This document shows positions 38,192-48,600 of a stretch of DNA of 64,000 nucleotides, piece after piece. Numbering within the stretch: the first letter of the stretch is position 1; the number at the start of each line of letters is the position of its first letter. This stretch comes from Methanobacteriota archaeon. Lineage in GTDB: Archaea > Thermoplasmatota > Thermoplasmata > SG8-5 > JAGLSY01. The stretch is from positions 1 through 64,000 of the forward strand of contig JAEHCO010000007.1 of NCBI GenBank assembly GCA_020697715.1, written 5' to 3'. A model generated the notes under the pieces. It saw only the letters and a list, made by a program, of their open reading frames with translations, made no database searches and had not been told where the DNA came from. Both the position numbers and the translations under genes were made by a program.

Positions 38192-39532
38192 ATGGCCCAG
38201 AATATTGAAGAAAAACAGATGCTGGAGTTTCTCGGCATAGATTCGGTAGAGAGATTGTTCGATGATATCCCACAACAGGTCAAGGTAGATGGACTTGACC
38301 TTCCCTGCGGCCTTTCCGAGCTGGAAGTAAAAAGACAGCTCGGGCAGATGCTGAACAGGAATGTTTCGGTGGATGATGTACCTTCCTTCCTGGGCTCGGG
38401 AACCTATGATGTTCACATACCGTCAGCAGTGGGCGCGATACTGGGTCGCTCCGAATTTTATTCATCCTATACGCCTTATCAGCCAGAGACCAGCCAGGGC
38501 ATGCTACAATCGATGTTCGAGTACCAGTCGATGATGTCGGAGCTCACAGGCATGGAAGCCGTGAATAATTCCATGTACGATTGGGCGACCGCGCTTGGAG
38601 AAGCGGTTCTGATGGCCGCACGCTTGAAAAAAGGCGGCCAGTTCCTTGTACCCGGCATGATGTCGAGGTCAAAAAGATCAGTTCTTGATAATTATGTTAA
38701 TGGAGCAGACATCCGGATAGTGGAGATCGCCCATGATGAGATAACTGGACAGCTGGATCTTGATGATCTGAGGGCGAAGATGACCGATGATACTATCGGA
38801 GCCTATGTGGAATCACCCAATATGTTTGGTGTTTTCGAGGAGAAATTGGAGCAGTTAAGAGAGATACTGGCTGACAAGATCATGGTGGTCGGTGTCAATC
38901 CACTTTCCCTGGCGATCGCGAAGCCTCCGGGGGAACATGGGGCGGACATGGTGATCGGCGATGGCCAGATATTTGGAAATCCCATGAATTACGGAGGGCC
39001 GCATCTGGGCTTTTTCTCTTGCAAGAAAAAACATGTTAGAAAGATGCCTGGCAGGATCGTCGGACTTACACATGACGCCGATGGCCAGCAGGCCTACTGC
39101 ATGACCTTGCAGACCCGTGAACAGCATATCCGCCGTGAAAAGGCAACATCCAATATCTGCTCCAATGAAGCCCTGACCACACTGGCTGCCGCGGTATACA
39201 TGTCATTGAAAGGCGGAAAAGGACTTCAGGAACTGGCCGTGAAATTGATGGAGAAGGCCAGTGTTCTGAGCCAACGCCTATCTGGCATCGAAGGTGTGAA
39301 AGCACCCTATTTCGAAGGATATTCATTTAATGAGATAACAGTGAAATTACCTACAACCGCCAGTCATGTGTTTGACGAGCTGGCAAAGAGGGACATCATC
39401 GGCGGTAAACCTCTCGCCGATGTGCCCGGAATGGAGAGTATGATGGTCTTTGCAGTGACCGACAAGACCACGGATAGCGATATAGAAAAGCTGGCTAATG
39501 TTATAGCCAGTATACTGGGGGCTGGCCAATGA
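38192..39532 (+). CDS. gcvPA: Glycine dehydrogenase (decarboxylating) subunit 1
   Basis: FLGSG.Y, YTPYQPE.SQG.LQ, SMYD.ATALGEA, TLQTREQHIRREKATSNICSN. Confidence 0.96.
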   Translation: MAQNIEEKQMLEFLGIDSVERLFDDIPQQVKVDGLDLPCGLSELEVKRQLGQMLNRNVSVDDVPSFLGSGTYDVHIPSAVGAILGRSEFYSSYTPYQPETSQGMLQSMFEYQSMMSELTGMEAVNNSMYDWATALGEAVLMAARLKKGGQFLVPGMMSRSKRSVLDNYVNGADIRIVEIAHDEITGQLDLDDLRAKMTDDTIGAYVESPNMFGVFEEKLEQLREILADKIMVVGVNPLSLAIAKPPGEHGADMVIGDGQIFGNPMNYGGPHLGFFSCKKKHVRKMPGRIVGLTHDADGQQAYCMTLQTREQHIRREKATSNICSNEALTTLAAAVYMSLKGGKGLQELAVKLMEKASVLSQRLSGIEGVKAPYFEGYSFNEITVKLPTTASHVFDELAKRDIIGGKPLADVPGMESMMVFAVTDKTTDSDIEKLANVIASILGAGQ

Positions 39533-40971
39533 GATACAGGCAGGCAAGGCATGACGAGCCTCTCATAATGGACCTGGCAAACATCTGTGAGGATGAGCCG
39601 ATCACTATCAAACTCCCTGAGCATCTGGCTCGCAAGGGAGGATTGAATATACCCACACTTCAGGAAAGCGAGGTGGTTCGCCATTATACAGTGCTCAGCC
39701 AGATGAATTTCGGTGTGGACAGTGGATTCTATCCACTTGGATCCTGCACCATGAAGTATAATTTGAAAATATCCGAGGAAATAGCGAATATGGTGAAGGC
39801 CAGCATGCTGCATCCCGACCAACCAGAAGCGATGATACAAGGCACTTTGCAGGTCATGCACGAACTGCAGGAAATGCTCTGCGAAATAGGAGGCATGGAT
39901 GCGGTCACTCTCCAACCAGCTGCCGGGGCTCATGGAGAATTCACTGGCATGCTGATAACAAAGGCATATCACAAGAAAAGGAATGATGACCAGAGAACCG
40001 AGGTCATCATGCCCGATTCGGCTCATGGAACGAATCCTGCCAGTGCGGCAATGGCGGGTTATGATGTTATTACCATTCCATCAAAGGACGGAATGGTAAA
40101 TCTGGAGGCTCTGGAATCCGCGCTTTCAGAAAAGACCGCGGCTTTCATGCTGACGAACCCGAACACATTGGGGATCTTCGAGACCGATGCGGTGAAGATA
40201 GCCAGTATGGTTCACGATGCCGGGGCTTTGATGTATTACGATGGCGCGAATTTCAATGCCATCATGGGCAAGACATCCCCTGGAAAAATGGGATTCGACA
40301 TAGTTCATTTCAATCTGCACAAGACCTTCGGAACGCCCCATGGTGGTGGGGGGCCGGGAGCAGGGCCAGTCGGCGTTGTGAAGAGACTGGAAAGCTTCCT
40401 GCCAATACCTGTCGTGGAAAAAGAAGGCAGTGTGTTCAAATTGAGATATGATAGGCCGGATACAATCGGCAAGGTGCAGGGGTATTATGGCAACTGGGGA
40501 GTGATGCTGAGGGCTTATATCTTCATCAGACTACATGGGGGCGATGGCCTGAGACAGATATCTGAGAGGGCGGTCCTGAATGCGAATTATCTGATGAAAA
40601 AGGTTGAAGCCACAATGGATGTTCCTTACCCTGGCTTGAAGAAGCACGAGTTCGTCGCATCTGCCAGTTGCATGAAAGATAGAGGAATAAGGGCACTCCA
40701 TATTGGAAAAAGATTACTTGATTTCGGTTTCCATTCACCAACTGTTTATTTCCCAATGCTCGTGGAAGAAGCACTTATGATCGAGCCCACGGAGAACGCG
40801 TCCAAGGCAACACTGGATGCATATGCTGACACAATTGCATCAGTGTGCGCGGAGGAACCGGATATACTGGCTGGAGCTCCATACAATACATCTGTCCGAC
40901 AGATCAGTGAGAAGGAAGCTGCGAAGAATCTTATACTATCATATAAGATGATGATGGAAAAGGAAAGCTAA
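39529..40971 (+). CDS. gcvPB: Glycine dehydrogenase (decarboxylating) subunit 2
   Basis: YPLGSCTMKYN, QPAAGAHGE, SAHGTNPASA, HFNLHKTFGTPHGGGGPG; ATGA overlap with gcvPA. Confidence 0.96.
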   Translation: MRYRQARHDEPLIMDLANICEDEPITIKLPEHLARKGGLNIPTLQESEVVRHYTVLSQMNFGVDSGFYPLGSCTMKYNLKISEEIANMVKASMLHPDQPEAMIQGTLQVMHELQEMLCEIGGMDAVTLQPAAGAHGEFTGMLITKAYHKKRNDDQRTEVIMPDSAHGTNPASAAMAGYDVITIPSKDGMVNLEALESALSEKTAAFMLTNPNTLGIFETDAVKIASMVHDAGALMYYDGANFNAIMGKTSPGKMGFDIVHFNLHKTFGTPHGGGGPGAGPVGVVKRLESFLPIPVVEKEGSVFKLRYDRPDTIGKVQGYYGNWGVMLRAYIFIRLHGGDGLRQISERAVLNANYLMKKVEATMDVPYPGLKKHEFVASASCMKDRGIRALHIGKRLLDFGFHSPTVYFPMLVEEALMIEPTENASKATLDAYADTIASVCAEEPDILAGAPYNTSVRQISEKEAAKNLILSYKMMMEKES

Positions 40972-41005
40972 TTATATTGACATATATATTCCACCCAGGT
41001 CGAAC

Positions 41006-42799
41006 ATGGCTAAGTCAGCTAGGAAATACAGAGAAAGGTTGGAAGGCTCCTACGGATTGATGCATATAAAGAAGACCAAGAGAATGTTCTTCTTTATCCA
41101 GATAGTCATTGCTATCGCAGTCGCATCTATCATATCATATATGGGAGGTATGAGATTTGATCCATTCTTCTTCCCAACTGACACCTTCCTTTTCATATCC
41201 CTTATATTCATGGTAGCTCTGGCAGGAGAAGGCGTGTATTTCAAAGGAGTGGAAGTAAGGTTCACAAAATCAAAGAGCCGCCGATTTCTGATAGCCAGGA
41301 ATTCTATTCGAGCTTCCATGGTGGCAGTTCTCATGTCTATAATATTGATCGCCCTGCTCCTTCTTCCAGCAACCGATGAGTATCTTTCAGATCAGTTCGA
41401 GATCGGATCGGACAATCATGGCGTGGATATGCCCATGAACCTTGATCCTCATGAGGGTGTGAATGACATGACCGAATTCACGTTCATGTCCCATCAACCT
41501 CTCGGTCTTGTAAGGGTGGATGATCTATTGGTCACTGTGGAGTCCACCACTGGCGAGGGTCTGCTTCTTGATATTGCAGTGATAGATGATAGCAATCAAG
41601 AACTTATTAGAAGGGTCATGAGCAATGATAATAGCTTTGATCTGAGCAAATATTCCAGTTCGAATCAAGAATTAACTGCGGTCATAGAGAATGTGGATCC
41701 AACGTCTCCAGCAAATGGTACTTTCGATTACAGCATAGATTATGCGATGTCCACCACCGCCACCTTATTGATCCCCATTGTTCTTATCATAATGGTGATG
41801 GTCCAGATGATCTCCATATCCATCATGTTCCCTCTCAGGGAGCTGTATGCTTCCTCATCCATATACAGTAAGAAATATATTCCAGAGGCTGAAGAAGGCG
41901 CGGAGAAGATGTCCGAGCGCATTAAAGCAGAAAGGGAAGCGAAAAAGAGAGAGGAGGAAGAGAAAGCGGTCCTATCCGAGACCATTGATGTGACCACACT
42001 GGAAGCCGCACTTCCACCACCACCTCCTGTCAAAAAGCCAGAAGCTGAAAAGGGACCAATTACCAAGATGGGAGACCTGGATGCGGACCTGGAAGAAGAG
42101 GCGGATGTATCCTGCCCCAAATGCGGGGAGATGAACAGCCCGCATGCGGCCATGTGCTTCGTATGTGGAAACCCCATGGTTGTCGCCGAAGTCGAAGTGG
42201 ATATCAATGAGACCATTGCGAAGGGAGAGAATTCCATAATTGCAAAGAAATATGCCGAGGCGGCCAGATTCTTCGATGAGGCCATCAGGCATGATAATAC
42301 AAATGAGAAAGCCTTGCTGGGAAAGGGTAAGGCTCTGAACCTGGACGGTAAATGGGGAATCGCGATCCAGTATGTTAACACGGTCATCAATATGAATCCA
42401 AATAATGTGGATGCTCTTCTTTTGAAAGGCCAGATACTTGAAGCAAGAGGCAAAACAGAAATGGCACTCGAGATCTATGACAGGATAATGATCATAGACC
42501 CAACGATCAAGATAGCGGCTTCCAAGAAAAAGACGCTTACCGTGGAGATAGAGGACATGATAGTCGCCGCAGCAGCAACACAGTCAGAAGGCGTGGCAAT
42601 GACAGGAGATGCCGTGGAAGAGGATGAACAGGCGGTTGTCGAGTCATTCATGGAACTTCCAGGTATTGGACTGGCCAAAGCTTCAGCACTTTATCAGGCA
42701 GGGTTCACCAATATGAACAAATTAAGGGCTGCCAGCGAGGAAGATCTGACAAAGGTAAAGGGCATCAGCGCGAGACTGGCGAAGAAGATCAAAGGATAG
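41006..42799 (+). CDS. Multi-pass membrane protein with cytoplasmic Zn-ribbon, TPR repeats and C-terminal helix-hairpin-helix
   Basis: About 4 TM segments; CPKCGEMN..CFVCG; TPR-like ALLGKG/ALLLKG repeats; LPGIGLAKA..LTKVKGIS HhH. Confidence 0.8.
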   Translation: MAKSARKYRERLEGSYGLMHIKKTKRMFFFIQIVIAIAVASIISYMGGMRFDPFFFPTDTFLFISLIFMVALAGEGVYFKGVEVRFTKSKSRRFLIARNSIRASMVAVLMSIILIALLLLPATDEYLSDQFEIGSDNHGVDMPMNLDPHEGVNDMTEFTFMSHQPLGLVRVDDLLVTVESTTGEGLLLDIAVIDDSNQELIRRVMSNDNSFDLSKYSSSNQELTAVIENVDPTSPANGTFDYSIDYAMSTTATLLIPIVLIIMVMVQMISISIMFPLRELYASSSIYSKKYIPEAEEGAEKMSERIKAEREAKKREEEEKAVLSETIDVTTLEAALPPPPPVKKPEAEKGPITKMGDLDADLEEEADVSCPKCGEMNSPHAAMCFVCGNPMVVAEVEVDINETIAKGENSIIAKKYAEAARFFDEAIRHDNTNEKALLGKGKALNLDGKWGIAIQYVNTVINMNPNNVDALLLKGQILEARGKTEMALEIYDRIMIIDPTIKIAASKKKTLTVEIEDMIVAAAATQSEGVAMTGDAVEEDEQAVVESFMELPGIGLAKASALYQAGFTNMNKLRAASEEDLTKVKGISARLAKKIKG

Positions 42800-42890
42800 T
42801 TTTGATTTTAATAAATATGAGAATAAGAACATTGGTCATAAGATCATATACAAGTATTATTCAATCACAAGTATTGCTCACAAGCATTGC

Positions 42891-43766
42891 TCAATCAAGC
42901 GATGTGATCGCACAGCATCCATCCCTTTCATCATATTCCACACCCTCGTCATCCAGCTTCTTCCTGAACTTACCAGAGGGCATTGCCAGTGCCTCCAGCC
43001 GACCCGAGCTTACCAGTCCAAAAGGTATCTCCAGGTTGCGAGGACGCATGCATCCGATCCCCAGCTTGATATTATGGGGCAATCTTTCAGCCGCATATCC
43101 CAGGACCTCGTAGAAATATTCCGCATCCACCGAAGTGGCATGATCATACCCCGGTGAATGGCTACTGGATGAACACTGGAGCCCTGGTATTTGCATGAGC
43201 GCGTTCAGGACCATCATCTTCGGATCAAAGCCCGATATCATGTCAAGGGCCGCACCTTCTCCTGAATCAAATCCACGATCAAGGCCAATGGTCACATGCG
43301 GAACATAATTGAGTTCCGCATCCTCCAGTCTTGCCATAAGCGCCTCGAAGTCCCAGGGGCCACCATCCAGGCCGTAGACATTCTTCACGGCCTTTTGAGA
43401 GCCGCAGATGTCTATCGAGATAATATCTGGCTCTATCTTCTTAAGAGCAAGTATCTCATTCGGACCTATCAGACCAGTATGGATATTAAGTATCAGATCA
43501 GTGTCTTCTTTGATGCGTGCCAGTGTTTCGTAGTGGTTCGTGAGAGGAACCTTACCCTCTGCGTCACACCCTCCGCTTATCAGCATGCCTATCCCATTGT
43601 TTTTGGAATGATCGATGGCAAGCCTGTAAAGGTCATCAGGCTTGCTAACTGGCTCCATATGCTTGAGAAATGCTCCTTGGCAATGCTGGCACTTCAATTC
43701 ACACTCTGTGTCAGTAACCGAGACCGATAAAAAGTTCCTGCCTGGATGGTATAGGGTGAGCATCAC
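42891..43766 (-). CDS. Radical SAM protein (uncharacterised archaeal family)
   Basis: CELKCQHC CxxxCxxC, LISGG, NIHTG, PHVTIGL, GCMRP. Confidence 0.88.
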   Translation of the reverse strand: MMLTLYHPGRNFLSVSVTDTECELKCQHCQGAFLKHMEPVSKPDDLYRLAIDHSKNNGIGMLISGGCDAEGKVPLTNHYETLARIKEDTDLILNIHTGLIGPNEILALKKIEPDIISIDICGSQKAVKNVYGLDGGPWDFEALMARLEDAELNYVPHVTIGLDRGFDSGEGAALDMISGFDPKMMVLNALMQIPGLQCSSSSHSPGYDHATSVDAEYFYEVLGYAAERLPHNIKLGIGCMRPRNLEIPFGLVSSGRLEALAMPSGKFRKKLDDEGVEYDERDGCCAITSLD

Positions 43767-44926
43767 ATCGCCTCCTTGGCAGATCTAACTTTTATAAGGC
43801 CATAACCGTAATGATCATCATGAGGAGTATCCTGGCCATCCAGTTTTTCAGAGGTCTCCATAAGGATGTTCTTGAGCTCTATCACCCTTTCCGGACCAGT
43901 GTCGATCATGTATTTCGGATGTGCTTCAAGAAGCAGGGCCAGTGATCCGGATACAAAGGCAGCTGCCGGGGATGTGCCATCGACATCCACATAACCCTGG
44001 TCAAGATATGTCGTGGCTATTCTCACGCCAGGGGCCACGATCTCTGGCTTCATGTTCGGATCCTCGCGGTCATCACTCGTTGTTCGTGGTCGGCCATCAT
44101 TATCCCCAATTGAACTAAAATCCGCAATGACCAGCTCACTATCAATTGCGCCGACAGCGATGACCAGTTCTTCGGTGGCTGGACTTTCCACATCACCATC
44201 ATCATTAAGTCCATCATTCCCAGCGGATGCGACAACAAATATGCCTTTCTCAGTCGCCTCTCTTGCGGCCAGGCTAACCTCATCGGTCACCCAGAATCTC
44301 TTTGATTCCGCGCCACCCAATGATAGTGATATGATATCCGCGCCATCCGAAAGATCACCATCTCCATTCGGATCCATGCAGAATTCAATGCCAGCCACAA
44401 CATCCGCGGGGTCTCCAAGGCCATCGGAATCTATGGCCTTGACAACTATGAGCTTTGCATCATTGGCAACACCTTGCAGAGAGCCATCCGCGATGATGAT
44501 GCCAGCCATCGCGGTTCCATGGCCATCATCATCATAGGGTTCATCCCTATCATTGACAAAGTCCTTCCACAATAATACAGAATCAGCATGAATATCCGGA
44601 TGCGAGGTGTCGATACCAGAATCCACAATTCCAATAACAATGCCCTCGCCAGTGTATCCCAGGGCATTCATCTCATCCACCTGGGTGACATCACATGCCC
44701 ATTCGGAACATGTGATGTCAGTATTCACCACTATCCAGTCGGGAAGGCCTTCATATTCTGGAAGGACAAATACCCAGTAGTAGAGAAATGCAAAGCAGAA
44801 AACAATAACGACCACCAGAAATATGATAAAGACTTGTTTGAGAATATTGGATCTTCTGCCAGGCGATGGCGGAGGCTTTGGCAGAGTTGATGCCTCGGGT
44901 GGGGGTGGTTGCTGTATATTCATCAT
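43763..44926 (-). CDS. Membrane-anchored subtilisin-like S8 peptidase
   Basis: N-terminal TM; IVDSGID (Asp), GHGTAMAG (His), GTSPAA (Ser), SAGN oxyanion motif. Confidence 0.93.
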   Translation of the reverse strand: MMNIQQPPPPEASTLPKPPPSPGRRSNILKQVFIIFLVVVIVFCFAFLYYWVFVLPEYEGLPDWIVVNTDITCSEWACDVTQVDEMNALGYTGEGIVIGIVDSGIDTSHPDIHADSVLLWKDFVNDRDEPYDDDGHGTAMAGIIIADGSLQGVANDAKLIVVKAIDSDGLGDPADVVAGIEFCMDPNGDGDLSDGADIISLSLGGAESKRFWVTDEVSLAAREATEKGIFVVASAGNDGLNDDGDVESPATEELVIAVGAIDSELVIADFSSIGDNDGRPRTTSDDREDPNMKPEIVAPGVRIATTYLDQGYVDVDGTSPAAAFVSGSLALLLEAHPKYMIDTGPERVIELKNILMETSEKLDGQDTPHDDHYGYGLIKVRSAKEAM

Positions 44927-44999
44927 TATAGATATAGTGAATTAATGATATAAACATATAGATGACAGAACATATTTCTGCAAAGACATATGCATTCGA

Positions 45000-45045
45000 A
45001 CATGCCCCGTCTGGATGATCCATAATATATTCATTAGGGCGGGGT
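45000..45045 (+). repeat. CATGCCCCGTCTGG..AGGGCGGGGT palindromic element
   Basis: Nearly identical to 60210-60255. Confidence 0.85.
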
Positions 45046-45051
45046 CTTTAT

Positions 45052-45369
45052 TCAAACCCCAAAGCCATCGTCCAATTGGCTTCTGGCTTCCTTCTGCAAT
45101 GTCAATTCCTCTTCCCACTGATCAAGTGTGTCGAAAGTTTCCTTTAAAAGTCTGAGGCAATCGATGCATATCCATCGCTTCCCGATATTCTTCATGGATT
45201 TCTTTCGATAGCATATCTCATCGCAGAGCCAGCATGTGTGCATTTCTTTGGTTCGATGCTCGGCATAGGCCTCCATCTTACGACCCTCGACAATGCTCTC
45301 TATGACCATCCGTCTGCGATCGGTCTCCTCTGTATTGGAGTCAGGGGTTTTCTGTTCTTCGTCTGCCAT
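45052..45369 (-). CDS. Small Zn-finger protein (CxxC..CxxC), unknown function
   Basis: CWLCDEIC and WICIDC motifs, helical flanks. Confidence 0.75.
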   Translation of the reverse strand: MADEEQKTPDSNTEETDRRRMVIESIVEGRKMEAYAEHRTKEMHTCWLCDEICYRKKSMKNIGKRWICIDCLRLLKETFDTLDQWEEELTLQKEARSQLDDGFGV

Positions 45370-45613
45370 GCGATAGCCTTACTGAATTTGTACCATACCA
45401 CTCTAGCATGGTGCGAATTATGTAAGGACTCAAATAAGGCCTTAGCCTTGTGGAGTCCTCGCATCCTTACGATTGTAGATAATGATTGAACATATAAATT
45501 TGTCCCTCGGTATTATTCAAACATAATTGTGCAAAAAAATGAACAGCCAGTATAGTATTTATAGCATGAATTATATCGACTTGCTTATACTACTTAGGAC
45601 GCAGGTGATTTAC

Positions 45614-48600
45614 ATGCATTCGGAAGAAATGGACAAAAATGTTAACAATAATGAATTGAATAGTGACATCTCAATTGATGATGTAGAGGTTATTGATGAT
45701 ACTGTTAAAACAGATATCATTGAAGATGACGATATCACTGATGAAATTGATATCAATGATGATGCTGACATCATTGATGATAACGAGGTTGACACAAAAA
45801 AGCCATCTACCAAAAACAATGGCAATAAAGCAAGCAAGAAGATGAACAAGAATGCATTGGCCTCTATCTTCATAGTTATAATCATGATCACTGGCTCCTT
45901 CTATGCTGGCATACTTTACGGCATGGAGGATGGCGATTCTGACCAGGTGATCGATAAATATGATTTTGAAACAGATTCCTTTGATAACGGGGCTACCCTG
46001 ATCCGGAAGGATATTAAAATGCCTGAAGATTCAGACGAGGTCTCGGAGGTCACCATAACCAATGACACGATCTCCTTTGATTATTCCACAGATACTGGAG
46101 CCCCAGATTACTCTGAGGGAGATATCATCACAGGAACTGAAGGTGAGGGGTATCTCAGAAAGATTATCAATATTACCGATGAAGACGGCAAGATCGTGGC
46201 TGACACTGAGCCAGTGGGTCTTGACGAGGTTATCCTGAAAGGCGAGTTCAATGCCTCGGATAACCTGATGATCGATAATGGCACAAGAGGATGGGACCTG
46301 ACATCGATCAATCATCAAGAGATCAAGATAGAGACACCAATTATTAGCGGTGTCATTTCCACAAAATTCTATTATGAGGATTTTTCAGCCTACACATATG
46401 CCCGGTATGACTGGGGATTGAAGGAGTTCACATACTCTCTCCATGAAAAAATGGTTCTTGAAGTTGATTTTAATATTACATTGAAGGGTGAATGGAAATT
46501 CGATCCAAAGGATATGCCGGGGTTATTCCCACAACCCAAATTCAATTCATTCACCATCTGGCTTGGCGGAGTTCCTTTGGTCATGCAGCCGCAATTCGAA
46601 TGGGGACCGATCATAGAATTGGCAGCAAATGGTGAATTCAAGACCGGTGTGAAAATCACTGTTGATAGAACATCGGGATTGTCATTCCGTAATGGAAAAT
46701 GGACGGATCTTGCTTCTGAGTCACGTACCGAGGAATGGAGACCGATGACATTTGACTTCAGCTTCACTGCAAAATTAGGGATCTATGCGGATTTCGAAAT
46801 ACTTCTATACGGTGCTGTTGGACCTTTCATCAGAGGGGAAGTATATTTCTTATTTACCTGGACGCCCACCACGAATCCAACCTTGAACATCGATTTCGTG
46901 CTTGATATTTACGCAGGCCTGAGGTTCAAGGTCGAATTCAATTACTGGAGCTGGTCCTTCTGGGGCGGATGGAAAGAGAAAACAGGAACCTTATTCAGTA
47001 TTGAGCATTCCATGCACATATTCAATTTGAGGGTCGATGTTTATGACAGCCCTTACGAATGGCCTCCAGAACCTCCGAATAACCTGAGAGCGGAGGTTCC
47101 GGATCCCAATGTTGAGGAAGTTTGGCTCCATTTCGATCCCATTGAAAATGAAAGATGGCCAGAGGCCTCGAGATGGAATCTATACAGGAACGGAGAACGG
47201 TTGGTATTCCACACCAATCCATATTCGGGGATCGAGGTAGATTATATCAAGCCAACGTTTTCAAGAAGTGCCAGGTATAATGAGGTCCTCAGTCAGAAGA
47301 TGTATTCTGAAGATGATGAGCTACCTGAACCTGGAGAGGATACTTTCATAATCTGGGGTAGATCCATAGACCTGTTTGATGATGGTGCATCCGAGGTCGT
47401 ATTCATAGATAAGGATGTGGAACCTGGTGAGACATACATATACCACATAATTCCTTCAAGCTATCGTGGGGAAGGAAATATCAGTGATTTCGCTGTTATC
47501 AGATTACCGACCAATCCATCAGTGGCTAGGAGTGTGAATGCGATACCAAATTGGAATGAGGTCAGTCCTGGAAACTACACGAACAATATAACAATAACAT
47601 GGCAAGAGCCATATGATGATGGCGGATTGCCAATAATGAACTATCTACTGGAGAAAGGAACTCAACCTGATTTCACAGCCGCCCAGACATTGGATAGGAT
47701 TACCCTGGACAATGTGACTTCATATATCGATACAGATATTGAAAATGGATTGGAATACTATTACCGGCTACAAGCCTATAATGGTAATTTCTGGAGCGAC
47801 GTAGGTGATGAGGTCAATTGCATTAGCAACACGCCCCCGGGCCAAATAATCAATTTGTCAGCTTCTTCAGGGGACGATTATGTGAACCTGACCTGGACAG
47901 CTCCTGATGATGACGGTGGATCACGGATAGTCGACTATAAGGTGGTCAGACAGCCAGATTCCAAGATATTCCTTGTTGGCGATGTATCCAGTTTCAATGA
48001 TACCAGCGTGATAAATGGAGTTATCTACACATACTCGGTCATTGCTATCAATGAGGACTTTGACTCCACCGCTCCAGTGACCGTATCATCCACACCTCTG
48101 AGCACGCCTTCCGCACCATACGGTCTGAATGCGGTCGAAGGAGTAGCGTTTGTTGATCTTTCATGGAGCCCTCCATTGGATATTGGAGGTTCGCCTGTGA
48201 CCAATTACAGAATCTACAGAGGCACGACGCCAGGCAATGAAGTGTTCCTTACCCAGATTGGCGACATGACCAATTACAATGACCCAGGCCTTGTCAATGG
48301 CCAGACATATTATTACAAGGTAAGCGCGATAAATATCGTTGGTGAGAGCGGTCTTTCAGTCGAGACCAGCTCCATTCCAAGAACAGTTCCAGATGCGCCA
48401 CAGACATTGACAGTCACTGCTGGCGATGGCTATGCGGATCTTTCATGGAGTGCGCCAGCATTCGATGGTGGTTCAAGTGTCACAGGACACAGGATATACA
48501 GGGGAACCGCACCAGGTAATGAGACATTCCTCGTCCAGATAGGCAATACACTGGGCTACAATGATACAGCCGTGGCCAATGGCCAGGTATATTATTACCA

